Of a stretch of DNA of 64,000 bases, positions 38,950 through 52,867 are shown one piece after another. Origin of the DNA: Octopus vulgaris (taxonomy: Eukaryota); assembly GCA_951406725.2 (NCBI GenBank), contig OX597815.1, positions 175,956,001 to 176,020,000 on the forward strand. The letters are read 5' to 3'. The notes below the pieces were generated by a model, which ran no database searches, had not been told where the DNA came from, and saw only the letters and a list, made by a program, of their open reading frames with translations. Each line of letters begins with the position of its first letter. Within the stretch, counting starts at the first letter, position 1. A program made the position numbers and the translations under genes.

Positions 38950-40199
38950 ACACAGACACACACACACACACGCATACATTAAGAAATCATTCCTAATTCT
39001 TTAATATGTAGAGGGAGCTAGGTTTGTGTTTGAGTAAAAACATTTCCTGAATTCAGACAAAATAAACAATCTGGGATAGTTTCTTTGGATCATTATTATG
39101 AACAGAATAACCGACAGATTTGATTGGATGCTATGAAAATAAACACTTAAGTCTATTGGCTGAGTCCATCTACTACTACAAATGCTCCTCTATTCAGAAT
39201 AGCTAAAGGTTACATAAAAATTCTAAATTTTCATTACATATGCAGGAAAAAAGCACACCACCCTCACCATTCTCCGGGTCAACGCCTTTTCCATTTCGTA
39301 TGAGAATTCATGGACAAAGTTAATAAGTTCAGTCGCTGTGTGATGTGAAGAATTTCACATATAGAAACTCTTCCCTTTTAGTGAGAAGGAGAGGGTGAGT
39401 TAGTTGTTGGCACGTCAGTGAGATAAGAGATGCAACGAAAGATACGGAAAGAGATAAGAAAATGGAAAGGTGCGTAAACGATACAGGATAAGAAGTTCAT
39501 TCAGGTTTATAAACCTATGCAAAATGCGTTAATAGAATCTGGAATTTTTAGAATGTCTTTTGTGGTAAGTGAGGGGAAAGGCTAAGGAAGATAGTCTAAG
39601 TGAGGTGCGAGACGAAGGCGAGGTGGGTAAGATATAGAGAAGGAAGATAATAGAACATCGAAAGTGTTGAGTAACTTAAGCGCCGCACCCGGTATTTTTA
39701 TACACACACAAATACACACACACACATGCGCGCGCACGCACACAGGCTTACGTGTGTGTGTGTGTGTGTGTGTATGTGTGCCTGAAGGGGACGAGGCGAA
39801 GTTTAGATTTGTGGGAAAAGTTTAGTAGTAGTGAATATACGTAAATACCTTCGTTTAGAAGCACTTACGCACACACACACACCTGAAGATATGCTTGCCA
39901 TATATATCGGGTGCAGATTGCCGGAGGAGGCATCCTCCGGGGGTTAAAAGCCGTCGTAACGTCGGTTCCTACGAAACAGCCATGGTCGAGTGACAATAAA
40001 CATTACTTGCCAGTATGGTTGCTACTTTCGTCTCTTATAGAGATATACGCAAACGCAAATGCGTAGAATTAATGTCTTCCTACGGCCAAGCGACATTCAC
40101 GCAGCGTAAGGCCAGGATAATCCTAATTTAAAAAGCAGAAGAGAAGGGAATACTGAGCTTTGGAAAACGCTGGAGCAGAAACACAGATCAAAGTAGACT

Positions 40200-40450
40200 G
40201 GAGCAAACAGCCATACAATGCAGGGTGAGGCTCTCAAGTTGAAGACTGGGTGTTTACTAATGTCTTTTGAGTTATGTTGTTGGAGAACACTGAGGTAGGA
40301 GGTTGTCAATGAAATATCCAGAGATGTCAGAGATGACTAATCCCACTATATCTTGGGACATTGTTAGCAGAGGCACTCAACACTCAAGTGAGCTCCTTAA
40401 TTGGAGGTTTTGCCTGAGAAACTGAACACCAGCAAGAAATGCTTGGTATT
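40200..40450 (+). mobile_element. Possible Penelope GIY-YIG C-terminal remnant
   Basis: TNPTISWDIVSRGTQHSSELLNWRFCL resembles the PLE motif I.W.I.....Y......C.LC; heavily decayed. Confidence 0.35.
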
Positions 40451-41925
40451 CTTAAAACCACGTAATACATCGTATGTAGGATGTGCCCAACCTCACTGAG
40501 CTAAACTCAAAGAGTACATCCAGTTAAGCTGTTATCAATCTTGAAGAGGCAACCTTGTTTTACATTAAAGTACAGTCCTCCATAAATATTAGATATAACC
40601 AACGCTCATTGTTAGTTAAGTGTCTTGTATATCTTCACAACACGTGCGAAACGCTACGAACGCATTTCATTTGATTTGCTGCTCACCGTTAGCTCTGCGG
40701 CTTTCTGCATCCCATTACATTTACCAATTTCAAACTGCTAACAACATAACTTCCAATCAGTTTCCTTGTGTACCTGACCTGCTATCAAAAGCTCTCTTTA
40801 GGTCGCATTACCTTCACCTAACACGAAGTGAACACCGTAAGTGGAAACTAGGATTATTAGAACTATATAAGCATTTCACCGGCTTACAGTGTTAAGCTTG
40901 TCTCTTTCCAGAGAAGCTCACTCTGGTAATAGAGTATCCGAGAGTAGATAAATCTCGTATACAGAAGCGTCAGCGCCAGAAAAATGGCAATAACCTCCGT
41001 CCACATCATTTTCTGTTATCCGCAAAACGAGGAAATACTAAACTTTTTCATTAATATAACCTGTGCAGTGGAAATAATAAGAGTATAATAATAAGAAATC
41101 AGTCATTGTTTAGACTTTAGTATTTATTGCTTAATAATAACGATAATAAAAGTAATGAGAGAGAGAGAGAGAGAGAGAGGGAAAGAGGGAAAAGTGTGAT
41201 TGAAGGAGAAAACAAAATGGAAGATATGTTGGTGATTGTGATGATGATGATGACGACGACGACGACGGCAATAATGTTGATGATGGTGATGATGACGGCG
41301 ATATTAAATATCCCATGCCCTGAGGAGTAATGAAAGATATGAACAAAGCCAAACTTCGAATAAAGGTGTATATAGAAGAACACAAACATAACAAGAACAA
41401 CGATTGGCAATAGAAAACTGCACCTGAAGATAAAAACGCATCAAAATAAAATAGAGCAGTAGTAATACGGAAAAAGTAAATGAGTGATTTGAAGCGTTCA
41501 CACAGGCAGGAGCAATAATATCTACAGAAGATTTACGCTATGTGTCACTTAACCTAACTTTGCGCTAGTCTGCTTTTTGCATTAAAATGTATAGCAAGTG
41601 TTCTGCTTGGAAAGAAAACAGATTACTTTCGCTGCTACTTTCTTTTACCAAAGTATGTGAGGTGGTGGCTTAATGATGAATACACACGAAAAAAAAAATG
41701 CCGACTGGTTTCACCGTCAAAGAACATGTTCTTTCGCTATTATTAAATTTTGGGGGAACTGAAAACACGAAGGAAAAAGAAAAACAAACAAACATAAAGG
41801 AAACAGGAAAATAACAAAAAGAAAACAGCCTTGTACATCTGAATACACGTAAACATATGTATATGTGTGTGTGTGTGTGGTGCATGTGTGCGTGCGTGTA
41901 TGTATGTATGTATGTATGTATGTGC

Positions 41926-41972
<47 letters not shown>

Positions 41973-41983
41973 CATACATACAT

Positions 41984-42016
<33 letters not shown>

Positions 42017-42044
42017 TGTGTATCTTTTATAATTTATTTTCGAC

Positions 42045-42229
42045 TTACTTCACTTATTAGACTGCGGCCATTCTGGGGGCACCGCCTTGAAGAATTCATC
42101 GACGAATGAGATCGGCCCCTACTTATTTTGGGGTTATTCCACAGGCTCTTATTCAATCGCTCTTTTTTGAGAAGTAAACACACCAACATCGGTTGTTAAA
42201 TGGTAGCGAGCGACAAGCAGGCACAAAGT

Positions 42230-42260
<31 letters not shown>

Positions 42261-42269
42261 GCCCGCACG

Positions 42270-42311
<42 letters not shown>

Positions 42312-42466
42312 CGACGGGCTTCTTTCAGTGTCCGTCTACCAAATCCACTCGCAACGCTTTTGTCAGCCCGGGGCTATGGTAGAAGACACTTGCCGAAGGT
42401 GCCACGCACTGGAACTGAACCATGTGGTTAGGGATCAAAGTTTTTATCGCACAGCCACGCCTGCGA
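42045..42466 (-). mobile_element. SINE family B, full length with internal (CA)/(TA) tract
   Basis: Minus-strand head GCAGGCGTGGCTGTGCGATAA..ACCACATGGTTCAGTTCCAGTGCGTGGCACCTTCGGCAAGTGTCTTC, tail GCCCCCAGAATGGCCGCAGTCTAAT. Confidence 0.85.
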
Positions 42467-42819
42467 TGTACGTATTTATTTATTCTTCTACGCACACATA
42501 CATACACATATATATGTGGTGTGTACGCGCATGTATGTGTATATGATTATTTGTCAGTGCGCGCGCGCGCGTACGTGTGAGTGTATGTCTGTGTGTAGAT
42601 AAATGGTTGGGAAATATATGCTTTATTTCAATACAGCATTGATGTATTGAAAATTTCCTCTCGGACAACGATGTAGAACTTAACAACTTATGCATATATA
42701 TATATATATATATAAATACACATACGCAGACACACACACACACACACACTCACAAGTAATTGTTCAAGTATTGGTTGTGTCCCTATTCACTGCCCAAGGC
42801 TACCTGACGTCATCCACAG

Positions 42820-43875
42820 TATTTACACAATTTTCGCTGGATCGACTTCAGAAATTCCTCGCTGTTCGTCGAGTATATAACAAATGATAGAGACGGAAAA
42901 TGGAATGTACGAGAAACCTAATTGCTCAAACGAGCGTTTCGACCCATTCTGTAGCGATCCCTCGCGGGTGGGATACTGAACGACTGGTTGCGCGCACGTG
43001 CACATTAATTGCATTGACAAACAAGTCATACAACAATTTATTGTAACAAAATTGGATGCGTGGTGATTTGAAAGTTTTGGGCCGGATGGTGGCTCGACCG
43101 AATTGCGGAGCACCCACTGGTGAAAGTAAGACTACTGACCTGGTCTTTGATAATGATGCGATTATTCCTGCTGCGTCTCTCTAGATGTCTCTCAGTGAGG
43201 AAGCAGAACCACTTGCTTATAGAGTTTCTTGGATCAAGACAAAGATCCGGTCTTACATTATCGAAATTGTTGATCGTTCCACTTATCTCAACAAAGTGGT
43301 CATTAACAGCATTAGCTCCAAGTCCGCAATCTTAAAAAAGGTTTGGACGTTTTGGTGCAGTTGTGGACTTAATGAACCAGTGTGTTTGACCATACCGGTA
43401 TCAGAGGACAAAGGTTCAGACCTTCAGGTGTCTGGTCATTCTTTGTCTTCCAATATAATTTGCGAGATATGTCCGGGGCCCTTACGGACGGCCTGATCTC
43501 ATTTGATTCAGCGGGTTACGGGTTACCACTGGTCAGATTTTGTACTCGAATCCAAAGACTGAGAGGCTGGGTTACCTCCTACTACTTTTATGATATGGGA
43601 GCGTCAGCTCAGACTGTTTGGTTATGTTGCTCGATTTTCCGAGTTGGACCTTGAGTATCGTGTTCTGTCAGGTTCCGACTGGGGTGACGGCTTGTGTTGA
43701 TCGGTGACATGCCATATGGTCATGGTAGATGAGAAAGTGTCTCGCAGAGATAAGAGTTGACTGGGACACGGCTTACAGGATTGCTGGAAACGATCCGAGT
43801 AAGTATCGACAAATGATGGAAGCAGCAATGCACGACCAATACCCACATATGTTACCCGATATAACATCACCTGAA
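42820..43875 (+). mobile_element. RTE-clade LINE RT/C-terminal region, frameshifted
   Basis: DLVFDNDAII (decayed FADD), LSEEAEPLAYRVSWIKTKI, EIVDRSTYL, and C-terminus AEIRVDWDTAYRIAGNDPSKYRQMMEAAM. Confidence 0.8.
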
Positions 43876-44517
43876 ATATTTCATAGAAACCCAAAGCTAT
43901 GTCTTGAAGTGTAAAATGCAAGTATCTTTTTAGAAATACTTTTAGATAATTAGCTAATTAAAGTTGGTTTTATTCACAATTTATATTTCAGTTTCTTGTT
44001 GCGGATTCTTATAGTACTGCAGCTCCATAAACTTTGGATAATAGGAACGCCAATTTTATTGCTACTGCTGCTGCTGTTCGTTATAATACAAAAATCACAT
44101 TTCTTGAATAAAAATTGGATAAATACTGAAAGGTAGCAGCAGTTTTTATTGTAGCAAGAGTATTGTATTTTAATAAAAGGCAATGAAACATATTGCCGTA
44201 GAAATCTAGGTCCGAGTGCTCTATAGAAACATAGTCCAACGTTAATACAATAGTTTGCATAATTTGATGTTTCAAGACAATGCTACTTTCTGTTTCCAAG
44301 GTGTAACTGACACAATATTTCAATGTTTCAGTCATCATCGATTCAGCTGTTTCTTGCATATGCATTTAATACATTCCTTTAACATTGGCTTGAAGTATTG
44401 TTTGACTACTGTTGCTGACACAATTTTGAATAATTACGCGCTCGCATATTCACCAAGAAATGCAATGCAGCATTAATAATACACGTGCTATCACCTAACT
44501 ATATATATATATATATA

Positions 44518-44850
44518 AGGGTAAGATCGTTAATTTAAAATAAAATAACGATTTTATCAAGTGGCCTGCATGGAAAAAATAACCTTCAAAGGTAATAATT
44601 ATTAAAATTATAAATTAGGGTATCGACGAGATACCACCATGCTGAAAATAGCAGCCCTGATCTGACTCTAAAACCACCTTAATTGTCCATATAGAATTAT
44701 CCAGTAATTTTTTACTAGTTTCATCTTGTCTCTTTGTTTTCTCTCTGTGTTGCTATATGGACAATTAAGGTGGTTTTGGAGTCAGATCATGGCTGCTATT
44801 TTCAGCATGGTGGTATCTCGTAGATACCCTAATTTATAATTTTAATAATA
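44518..44850. mobile_element. Fold-back repeat (same family as 30800) with about 95-bp inverted arms
   Basis: ATTATTAAAATTATAAATTAGGGTATC...CCACCTTAATTGTCCATATAG (about 44599-44694) inverted at about 44753-44850. Confidence 0.85.
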
Positions 44851-45313
44851 ATAATAATAATAATAATTATAATTATAATATATATATATCACACACACAT
44901 ACATACTACACGAATGTGATATATTTAGTATAATCCATCTCAGAATTGAGGCAACTCTATCGTACATAAAGATTTCTTGCGCCTAAGATAAATATTTTGT
45001 TTTAACTAAGATTTTTATCTTTCTACCTTTGAAGCAAGCAATTGTCTTTAATTCCCCGCTTCGTCAACTCTTTCTTGTCATGGGCTTAGCTTCATACAGA
45101 CTGATTTGGAAATGTCGCAGCAGTTGCTCCTATTGTTGCTGGTGAATGAAAATGTTGTTCTCAGACTGCGCGAAGAAGTAGCTAACAGGCCTCGCCAACA
45201 ATAGACTAAAACTTTTACTATTGTCCACAGTGTTTTCTGTGTCAGTCTTTTAGAAATGCTAACAGCAAGAATTCCATATTGAGAGATAGATATATAGCTT
45301 GACGCTGATAAGA

Positions 45314-45450
45314 TGGCAAGCTGGCAGAAACGTTAGCACGTCGGTCGAAATGCTTAGCGGTATTTCGTCTGCCGTTACGTTGTGAGTTCAAATTACGCCG
45401 AGGTCGACTTTGCCTTTCATCCTTTCTGGGTCGATTGAATAAGTACCAGA
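45314..45450 (+). mobile_element. SINE family A, 3'-truncated
   Basis: GGCAAGCTGGCAGAAACGTTAGCACG...GAGTTCAAATTACGCCGAGGTCGACTTTGCCTTTCATCC. Confidence 0.9.
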
Positions 45451-45686
45451 AACACCATTCCTCCATGTGATCAGCTTGAAAAGTTAAGATATTATTAAGA
45501 TATTTTTCTTAACATGAAACCAATGGTAGCCTTAATACACAAATAAATGTTACCCACTAATGCGGTGTTGAGCACTCATTATCATTGTTCGACATTTATA
45601 TATGTATGTGTGTGTGTGTGTTAAATAAAATGAGACTACAAAGCCAAGGCTGTATGGAATTTTTAGTACATCTATAAAGAGAAAGT

Positions 45687-45737
45687 CAGTCTTACAGCTG
45701 TTTCAGGAATACGAAGGATATCCCTTCATCAGATACG
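45687..45737 (-). ncRNA. Minimal type I hammerhead ribozyme, canonical core, in PLE-like remnant (about 45620-45905)
   Basis: Minus strand GTAT-CTGATGA-AGGGATA(TCCTTCG)TATTCCT-GAAA-CAGCTG-TA-AGAC: 7-bp helix II, palindromic helix III ACAGCTGT; helix I has one mismatch. Confidence 0.7.
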
Positions 45738-45900
45738 ATAAGAGAGAGTTAAATAGAGGGAAATAGTAGAGTTCAATAATAGGAAAGAAAACTTCGAATG
45801 ACCCGTCCTTGTTTTCTTTGTATCGTCTATCTGGATGTTTTGTTGTCCCATTTTTGTATCACCTAACTGTTCGGATGTTTTGCGTTCTTGTCCCATTTTG

Positions 45901-45957
<57 letters not shown>

Positions 45958-46235
45958 GCAAATGAAAAGCAGAAGATGGAATATAAGAGAATTTATTATT
46001 AATCGCGACAATTGTTTCGACGCATCTAGCATTGATTCCTTATGGGTGGAAACACTCAACAACTGGTTCAGGAGCATCCAGTGGTGAAGATGTATCTCGT
46101 CGGGTGATAAATAGATACAACCCGTTAAAATGACTGTGCCGCAATGTAACTTTCCGTTTTTGTAGAGAGAGAAGCAGCCAGACGGAGAAAATATCTTCAT
46201 TTATATAGAAAATCAAAAATAAAATCACAAAGGGG

Positions 46236-46413
46236 AAAAAGAGAGAACGAACACGTAATACAGAGAAAAGTATTATATATATATATATGTATATTATATA
46301 TATATAGAAAATCAAAATATAAGCTTTTGGATTTAGTTTGCAAGATTCTTTATACGAGGTGTGTTGAAAAGAGAGAAACGAACACGTAATACAGAGAGAA
46401 AAGTATTAATATA

Positions 46414-46467
<54 letters not shown>

Positions 46468-46720
46468 CACACACACATACACATATATACTTAGCTTTTG
46501 GATTTAGTTTGCAAGATTCTTTATACGAGTTCGTGTGTTGAAGCATATTTTGTTGTGTCTAGGGAGAGTCATCCCCTTTTAGTGCCTCATAACACACTCA
46601 CCGGAAAACTTTCACTCATTTGCTCTTTTATTTTTCGTATGAGTAAATGAGTGGAAACTTTACCGGTGTGTTAAATTATTATTTAACTAATAGGCACTAA
46701 TAGAGAATGACTCTTCCCAA
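46236..46720. repeat. Tandem duplicated unit (about 46236-46370 and 46367-46545) followed by inverted repeat (about 46562-46718)
   Basis: AAAAGAGAGAACGAACACGTAATACAGAG and AGCTTTTGGATTTAGTTTGCAAGATTCTTTATACGAG each occur twice; AGAGTCAT..TAGTGCCT..CACCGG..CACTCATTT is inverted downstream. Confidence 0.75.
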
Positions 46721-47382
46721 ACATAACAATGTGTGTGTGTGTGTGAATGAAAATAAAAGAAATATGTATTTTGGGTATTACTCCACATATTTTTGTAGCG
46801 TTTTTCTTTAAGACACAGGTTATAATACACAACATGCCATGGAACTTTATGAAACATCATGTAATCTTATGCAAGTTTGTGTTCTCATAAATCGCCGCTC
46901 CTTCAGGCAATTCACCTTCGAATATTTTTGGGTGATACGCCACCGAACATTTAGTGACATATGAAAGGATTATAATAGATTTGTAGAATGTCAAACACAA
47001 GGAATATAGAAACAGTGGGAGCGTATATTTAAGCCAGCATCCAAGCAAATCTTTTTTTATTTCATAGATTAATTGTATGCATATTTTTAACGGGAAGTGA
47101 TCAAAGATTCTTTGTCAAGGAGATCTGAATCACAGTGAGGAATAGATTTATATTCCGTAGACTAGGTTAACTACGCTATGTATCACGTTTTTCAGTAACG
47201 TCCACCTGCTGCGTCTCAACTTGACAAGAAATCAGAAATCTCGCCTCAAGGAAGATATTAGCTTGTATGCTGTCAAAATGATATAATGATATATCATAAG
47301 GATAGTGTTTCAATTAACTTAACGTGTGTGGAGAGTCCCTTGGTTAAGTGCAGATGTAGATTAGCTCTGCCCAACATGTGCA

Positions 47383-47452
<70 letters not shown>

Positions 47453-47915
47453 GCCGTAGATACACGCACATAGATTAAGTTCAAAATCACAACGTTAAAT
47501 GTGTGCTTACGTTCTGAGATGTATTTAAATTCGTATAAATAAGAGATGAAAATTGATAAACAACGTGATAAACTGGAAGAGGCTAAAAAGAACCTATTAT
47601 TCGAAGAAATGAGAGGGAATAAAGTGAAACTAATTCATATTGATATTCAAGTTAGGAATTAAAATCTGATTGCTATTTTAGAATATTTTATTAAGAACAA
47701 TATGTAATTATATTGGTGCAGGCGAGAAAAGCATAAGATACCTTAATATGGAATGAATTATGCCATGTTGCTGAATTAGAACCCAAGTTAAAATGAAACA
47801 TCTATTATCAAGAAAGTAATTAATAATTTACTTTTATTAATTTGCCTTACTAACGTAATTGCTATTAATTATATATATATATGCATACATTCATATCTAT
47901 TGCATACACATAACA

Positions 47916-48163
47916 ATCCTTTCTACTATAGACAAAAAGGCTGAAATTTGGGGAGAGGAGGCCACTCGATTACATCGACCCCAGTACGTAACTGGTACTT
48001 GATTCATCGACCCCAGTGCGTAACTGGTAGTTATTTAATCGACCCCGAAAGGATAAAAGGCAAAGTCGACCTTGGCGGAATTTGAACTCAGAATGTAGCG
48101 GCAGACGAAATACCGCTAAGCATTTCGCCCGGCGTGCTAACGATTCTGCCAGCTTGATGCCTT
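47916..48163 (-). mobile_element. SINE family A, full length with internal about 30-bp duplication
   Basis: ATCGACCCCAGTRCGTAACTGGTA repeated at about 47975 and 48006; A and B boxes on the minus strand. Confidence 0.9.
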
Positions 48164-48378
48164 ACACTTATGATAATAAAAATACACGCACACCTCTCTC
48201 TCTCTCTCTCTCATACACACGCACACACATAAACATAGGTATATGCACATATATATATCTACATAATTATGTACACATCTCTATGCAGACACATACGTAC
48301 ATATATATATACGAACACAAGAACTGTAATTGCCGATACTAGGTTTGTTTGCCAACAATACATTCCATAAACTTTAAC

Positions 48379-48484
48379 TGTCTTTCGTCTGTCTTTACGT
48401 TCTGAATTCAAATTCCGCCGAGGTCGACGTCATCCTTTCGTTGTCGATAAATTAAGTACCAGTTGGGTACTGGGGTAGATCTAA
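48379..48484 (+). mobile_element. SINE family A fragment, inverted relative to the 47916 copy
   Basis: TTTCGTCTGTCTTTACGTTCTGAATTCAAATTCCGCCGAGGTCGAC..GTCGATAAATTAAGTACCAG. Confidence 0.85.
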
Positions 48485-49049
48485 TGTATAAGCAAGCGAT
48501 AAATATTCAGTTAGGGACGAACTTAGCCGGTGCGACTAAGGGCGATACTGGTTAATCAAGTCAGATTGAACTATTTTATTCTTAATTTGTTTCATGTGTG
48601 TTAATCTCCACCAACTCCAGAATATAACTCAGGGACGCTACAAGTAACGATGTAAGTAATTAAATCCGACTGCACTGTTTTCATATGAATCCATGTGAAT
48701 TACATCAACACCAACTCTCAGTGTTAAACTCGTGTATCCTCAAGGTAGGTTCAATGTACAGGTTTAAAATATAAGGAAGTTCATCACATCTCGTGTCAGC
48801 ATCTTATTCTTAATTTCATCCTCTGAGTTGTCGTCAGCTGCTGATATGTTTAAGCATTTCGTGACCCGATACGTCTATAGGAAATGCCTTCTCGCAGTTT
48901 CGTAGGCTTTCAACTGTGTATCTGCTTTAATAAGATGTACTATGCCTAATTTGTCTAACACAGGTCCCATCACTGATAACAAATACATGTACGTATGTAT
49001 GTATGCATGTGTGTGTGTATACATGTAAGCATGTATGTATGTCACAGTA

Positions 49050-49735
49050 TCGACTAGACCATCAGATACACCACAAGTCGCAATGCACGTACAATCCTGT
49101 CTGGATTGCGCTAGTCGTGCCCACCCCGACCCAAATTGCTTGACTTAAATCATCTTCTTATGGTCGTGGAGGCCTTCTAAGTAACATTTTCCAATATTTT
49201 GGGTACCACTCAGCAACTGCACGGGTCCATTTGTTGTCTGTAAACCTTGCAACATGTCTGACCCAGTGGAACTTGTGACTTTGGTATTCTGCAATCACAT
49301 CGTTCACTCCGCTCCATTCCCGAATGATCTCATTTCGAATCTATTCTCGTAATGATAATCCAAGCACGGATCTTTCCATGGCCTTTTGCATTGTAGCCAA
49401 TCAATGTTCTATCCTCTTCGTAGTAACCACATCTCCCTTGTGTATGAGGGTGCAGGTTGGACAGAACTACTGAAGAGTCTGGCACACATGGTTTTGTCTG
49501 TCTTTGTTTTGAGCCCATCCTTTATTGATGGTAAATGCCTTCCATCCTGCCCTTATTCTCTCTGAGATTTCAGCATCCATATCTGGACATATATTCATTG
49601 TGTGCCCTAAGTAGACATACTCCTTTTTCCTCCTCGATTTCACTGCCTTCCACCTCTATTCGACCCTGTGTTATGTCTACTGACTGCATGCATTTTGTTT
49701 TCATTCATATCATATAATTTCAGCTCACAAGCTGT
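49050..49735 (-). mobile_element. RTE-clade LINE 3' region
   Basis: [28 protein letters not shown]; TMQKAMERSVLGLSLRE*IRNEIIREWSGVNDVI..KFHWVRHVARFTDNKWTRAVAEWYP..RRPP. Confidence 0.85.
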
Positions 49736-49814
49736 CACACCGCCATTTGGTGTTGCTACATAATTTCACTTCACTAATTCTTTTTAGAAATTGGCATTTG
49801 GTGCATGAGGGAGT

Positions 49815-50115
<301 letters not shown>

Positions 50116-50479
50116 TAGTTTATTGCACACAATATTAAGATAAGAGCTATTAATTGTTTCATGCCATGGATATACGGTAATTCGGCAGATTTATATAATG
50201 TGCCTCGTGTCTTCAAGCATTCTTTCCGGCTCAGTGCACAGTGTTTATCCTATGTGAAAACCAGGATGCTGATATATGAGAAAACACGAAAAAGAAAAAG
50301 CGAAAAATTTGATAGAAAATGTGGAATGAGAAGAGAAAAGGTGAATAAAACCGGAAAAAAAAAAAGAAAAGCAACGGTTGTGTTCTTTTTGTCCGTAGAA
50401 AAAATGATTAATCCTCTAGCCACTGTAGAATAATTCAACGGTGGTGGGGGAGCGCAAATTTTGTGAGGCAGCTGTTCAA

Positions 50480-50790
50480 TTTGTGAGAAAATGTTGGAGC
50501 TGCGATTAAGTAGTGTGGAGGGATTCTTGGATCTAAAGCGAACGACTGATCTTTCGGCTACGCAAAGATTGCACCTCTTAGATACACTTCCATATAACAT
50601 TGATTTCTTCATGGTTCTACACTTGACTGCATGTAGTGTGCAGATGGTCTTCAGATACCATACGTGGTTAGACAGTGGTTTTAATTTTGTCAGTTTGTCG
50701 GAAAGAAAACCGATGAGTTGCAAGAGGGCTTTAAAACTACTTTCAAAAGAACCGACGTGATATCTCGTTTCACTTACGTCCATACTTGGT
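50480..50790 (-). mobile_element. Penelope-like element GIY-YIG endonuclease C-terminal remnant
   Basis: HVGSFESSFKA...LSNHVWYLK......VKCRTMKKSMLYGSVSKRCNLCVAER...LLNRSSNIFS matches the PLE pattern YIG.TE..FK.R...LS.H.W.LK..I.W.I....Y....KRCNLC..EK...LN.R.E..S. Confidence 0.75.
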
Positions 50791-50956
50791 TACATGCTAT
50801 AAGATTTTGCCAAGTATAAACAGAAATATGAATAGAAACATAGACAGAATTAGTATAACATGTATAAAATCAACTGAAGCGAAATGCGCGCTAGACTCGC
50901 ACACGTGCAACGAATGAGAACTCAATTACAGAATCCCCTACTTAACTCCTAAATGC

Positions 50957-51008
<52 letters not shown>

Positions 51009-51084
51009 GCGCGCGCGCACACACACACATAAATACATGCGTACATATATACATACATACCTGCATGCATATAAATGCATGTAA

Positions 51085-51468
51085 ATATATTTGCCGCAAA
51101 GGCTTTTTTCAAATACGCCAGCCAAGATAAGTTAAAAATTGTCTAAAGTCGTAAGACGCCCGTTGTGTTTGTCCTGCTAACCATTCTTGTTTTTTATTTC
51201 TATTTTTGTTTCTTGTATTTATATTCGTGTGGCATCCTATCTTTGTTTCGTATACATTCGTCCTCTTTCTAAGAAATCTAATGCCTGTGGCTTAGTTCTT
51301 GGGGCTGGTCGGTTCGGAGTGATATCGAGATTAAACAGCCGAAATTACTAAGATGATCCGGTTCCGACTGAAGATTAGAGGCTTCGAGTGACCCGTCTGT
51401 TTTTTTGTGTCGTCTCTTTGTGTGTTTTTGCATTCTTGTCCCACTTTGTAATTTATATTTTATATTTG

Positions 51469-51470
<2 letters not shown>
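51085..51470 (+). mobile_element. Unclassified repeat related to 45785-45905 (PLE-terminus-like)
   Basis: CTTCGARTGACCCGTC..TTGTRTCGTCT..TTGCRTTCTTGTCCCAYTTTGTA shared with 45790-45905. Confidence 0.45.
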
Positions 51471-51508
<38 letters not shown>

Positions 51509-52164
51509 CCACCCACCTCACGCTAAATGTATATATCCGCTATAGTTCTGATATATGTGATGGCGATGAGTTGGGATATATAGTCATGCACGGGGATATA
51601 TACTGTGCATCTATATGCACGGATAAAGATAAGTGCATGTACACTTGTGTCTCAGCATTGATCAGGAAGTACAATGGAACATGGGAATAATGAAATCATA
51701 AACGACAAATCAAACAATTAGAGCAGCACCATTCACCAAATCCTTTATAGTGCTATGCGCGCTTTTGTTACGTAGCTGCATAGACATTCAAAAGATCAAC
51801 CTAAAAGTAACCCATTGTGAAATTGTGCAAAATAACACGTTTAATCATCGTCTCTCTTCTTGGCAAAAGATTTGATGAGAAATCATATGATACAACAGGT
51901 TCTCACACAGTTTTCTCCACTGACATTGCTGTGTTATTAAATACATTTCATTTTAGAAATAACGTTCTGAAAGTTAAAATGAACGAAATCCTTTCGATTA
52001 GTATCTTGTTGCGATCCGCTCAGTCATCACAAGAACCAGGGCGAAAATGTTCACGAGTTGAAGTTCAATGGAAAATACAAGAACTGTACGAATTTGCGTG
52101 TGTGTGTGTGTGTGTGTATTTTCGTATGTGTGTGCAAGTGTGTCTGTCTCTATGTTTTCTTTTA

Positions 52165-52285
52165 TCTTTTACTTGTTTTAGTCTGCGGCCATGCTAGGGC
52201 TCCGCCTCGAAATTTCTGTAGAAATCGATCTCGGAATCTATTTTATTTTTAAAGCCTGGTACCTATTCTATTGGCCCTCTTGTTG
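52165..52285 (-). mobile_element. SINE family B tail fragment
   Basis: TCTTTTACTTGTTTTAGTCTGCGGCCATGCT...AAGCCTGGTACCTATTCTATTGG. Confidence 0.7.
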
Positions 52286-52374
52286 AATAAATGATATTGC
52301 TCTCTATATAAAGATTCACTTCCTCAAATCTTTTTCTCAAATTCCTGTGTTTGAACTTAATGTCTTTGGCGTCC

Positions 52375-52745
52375 TAACCAGCTATTTACACACACACACG
52401 TATGTATACATCATTACAGTTCTGACGATTTCAGATGAAAAAAAAAAATTTCTAAAGGTACTTTCATGCCAGAAAAAAATTCAAACGGAGATAGACGCAT
52501 TTTTCTCGATTAATTAAATGAGGCACTGTATATCATACATTGATTTTCCAATACATATTTCGGACATTTTTATATTTCAATGTTTAAATCTCATGTGATT
52601 ATTCTTGGCGCAAATTGACTTTCACCTAACTGTTTTATCAATGTCAACATAGTAACTAAGTAACCAGCTATTTACACACACACACACACGTATGTATACA
52701 TCATTATAGTTCTGACGATTTCAGATAAAAAACGAATTTCTAAAG
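52375..52745. repeat. About 80-bp direct repeat (52375-52457 and 52660-52745)
   Basis: TAACCAGCTATTTACACACACACACGTATGTATACATCATTAYAGTTCTGACGATTTCAGAT...AATTTCTAAAG twice. Confidence 0.85.
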
Positions 52746-52800
52746 TTAATTTAATTTGTTATATTCTTCTCCTGCTTTCTGTTTGTGTAAGAAATATACC

Positions 52801-52867
<67 letters not shown>

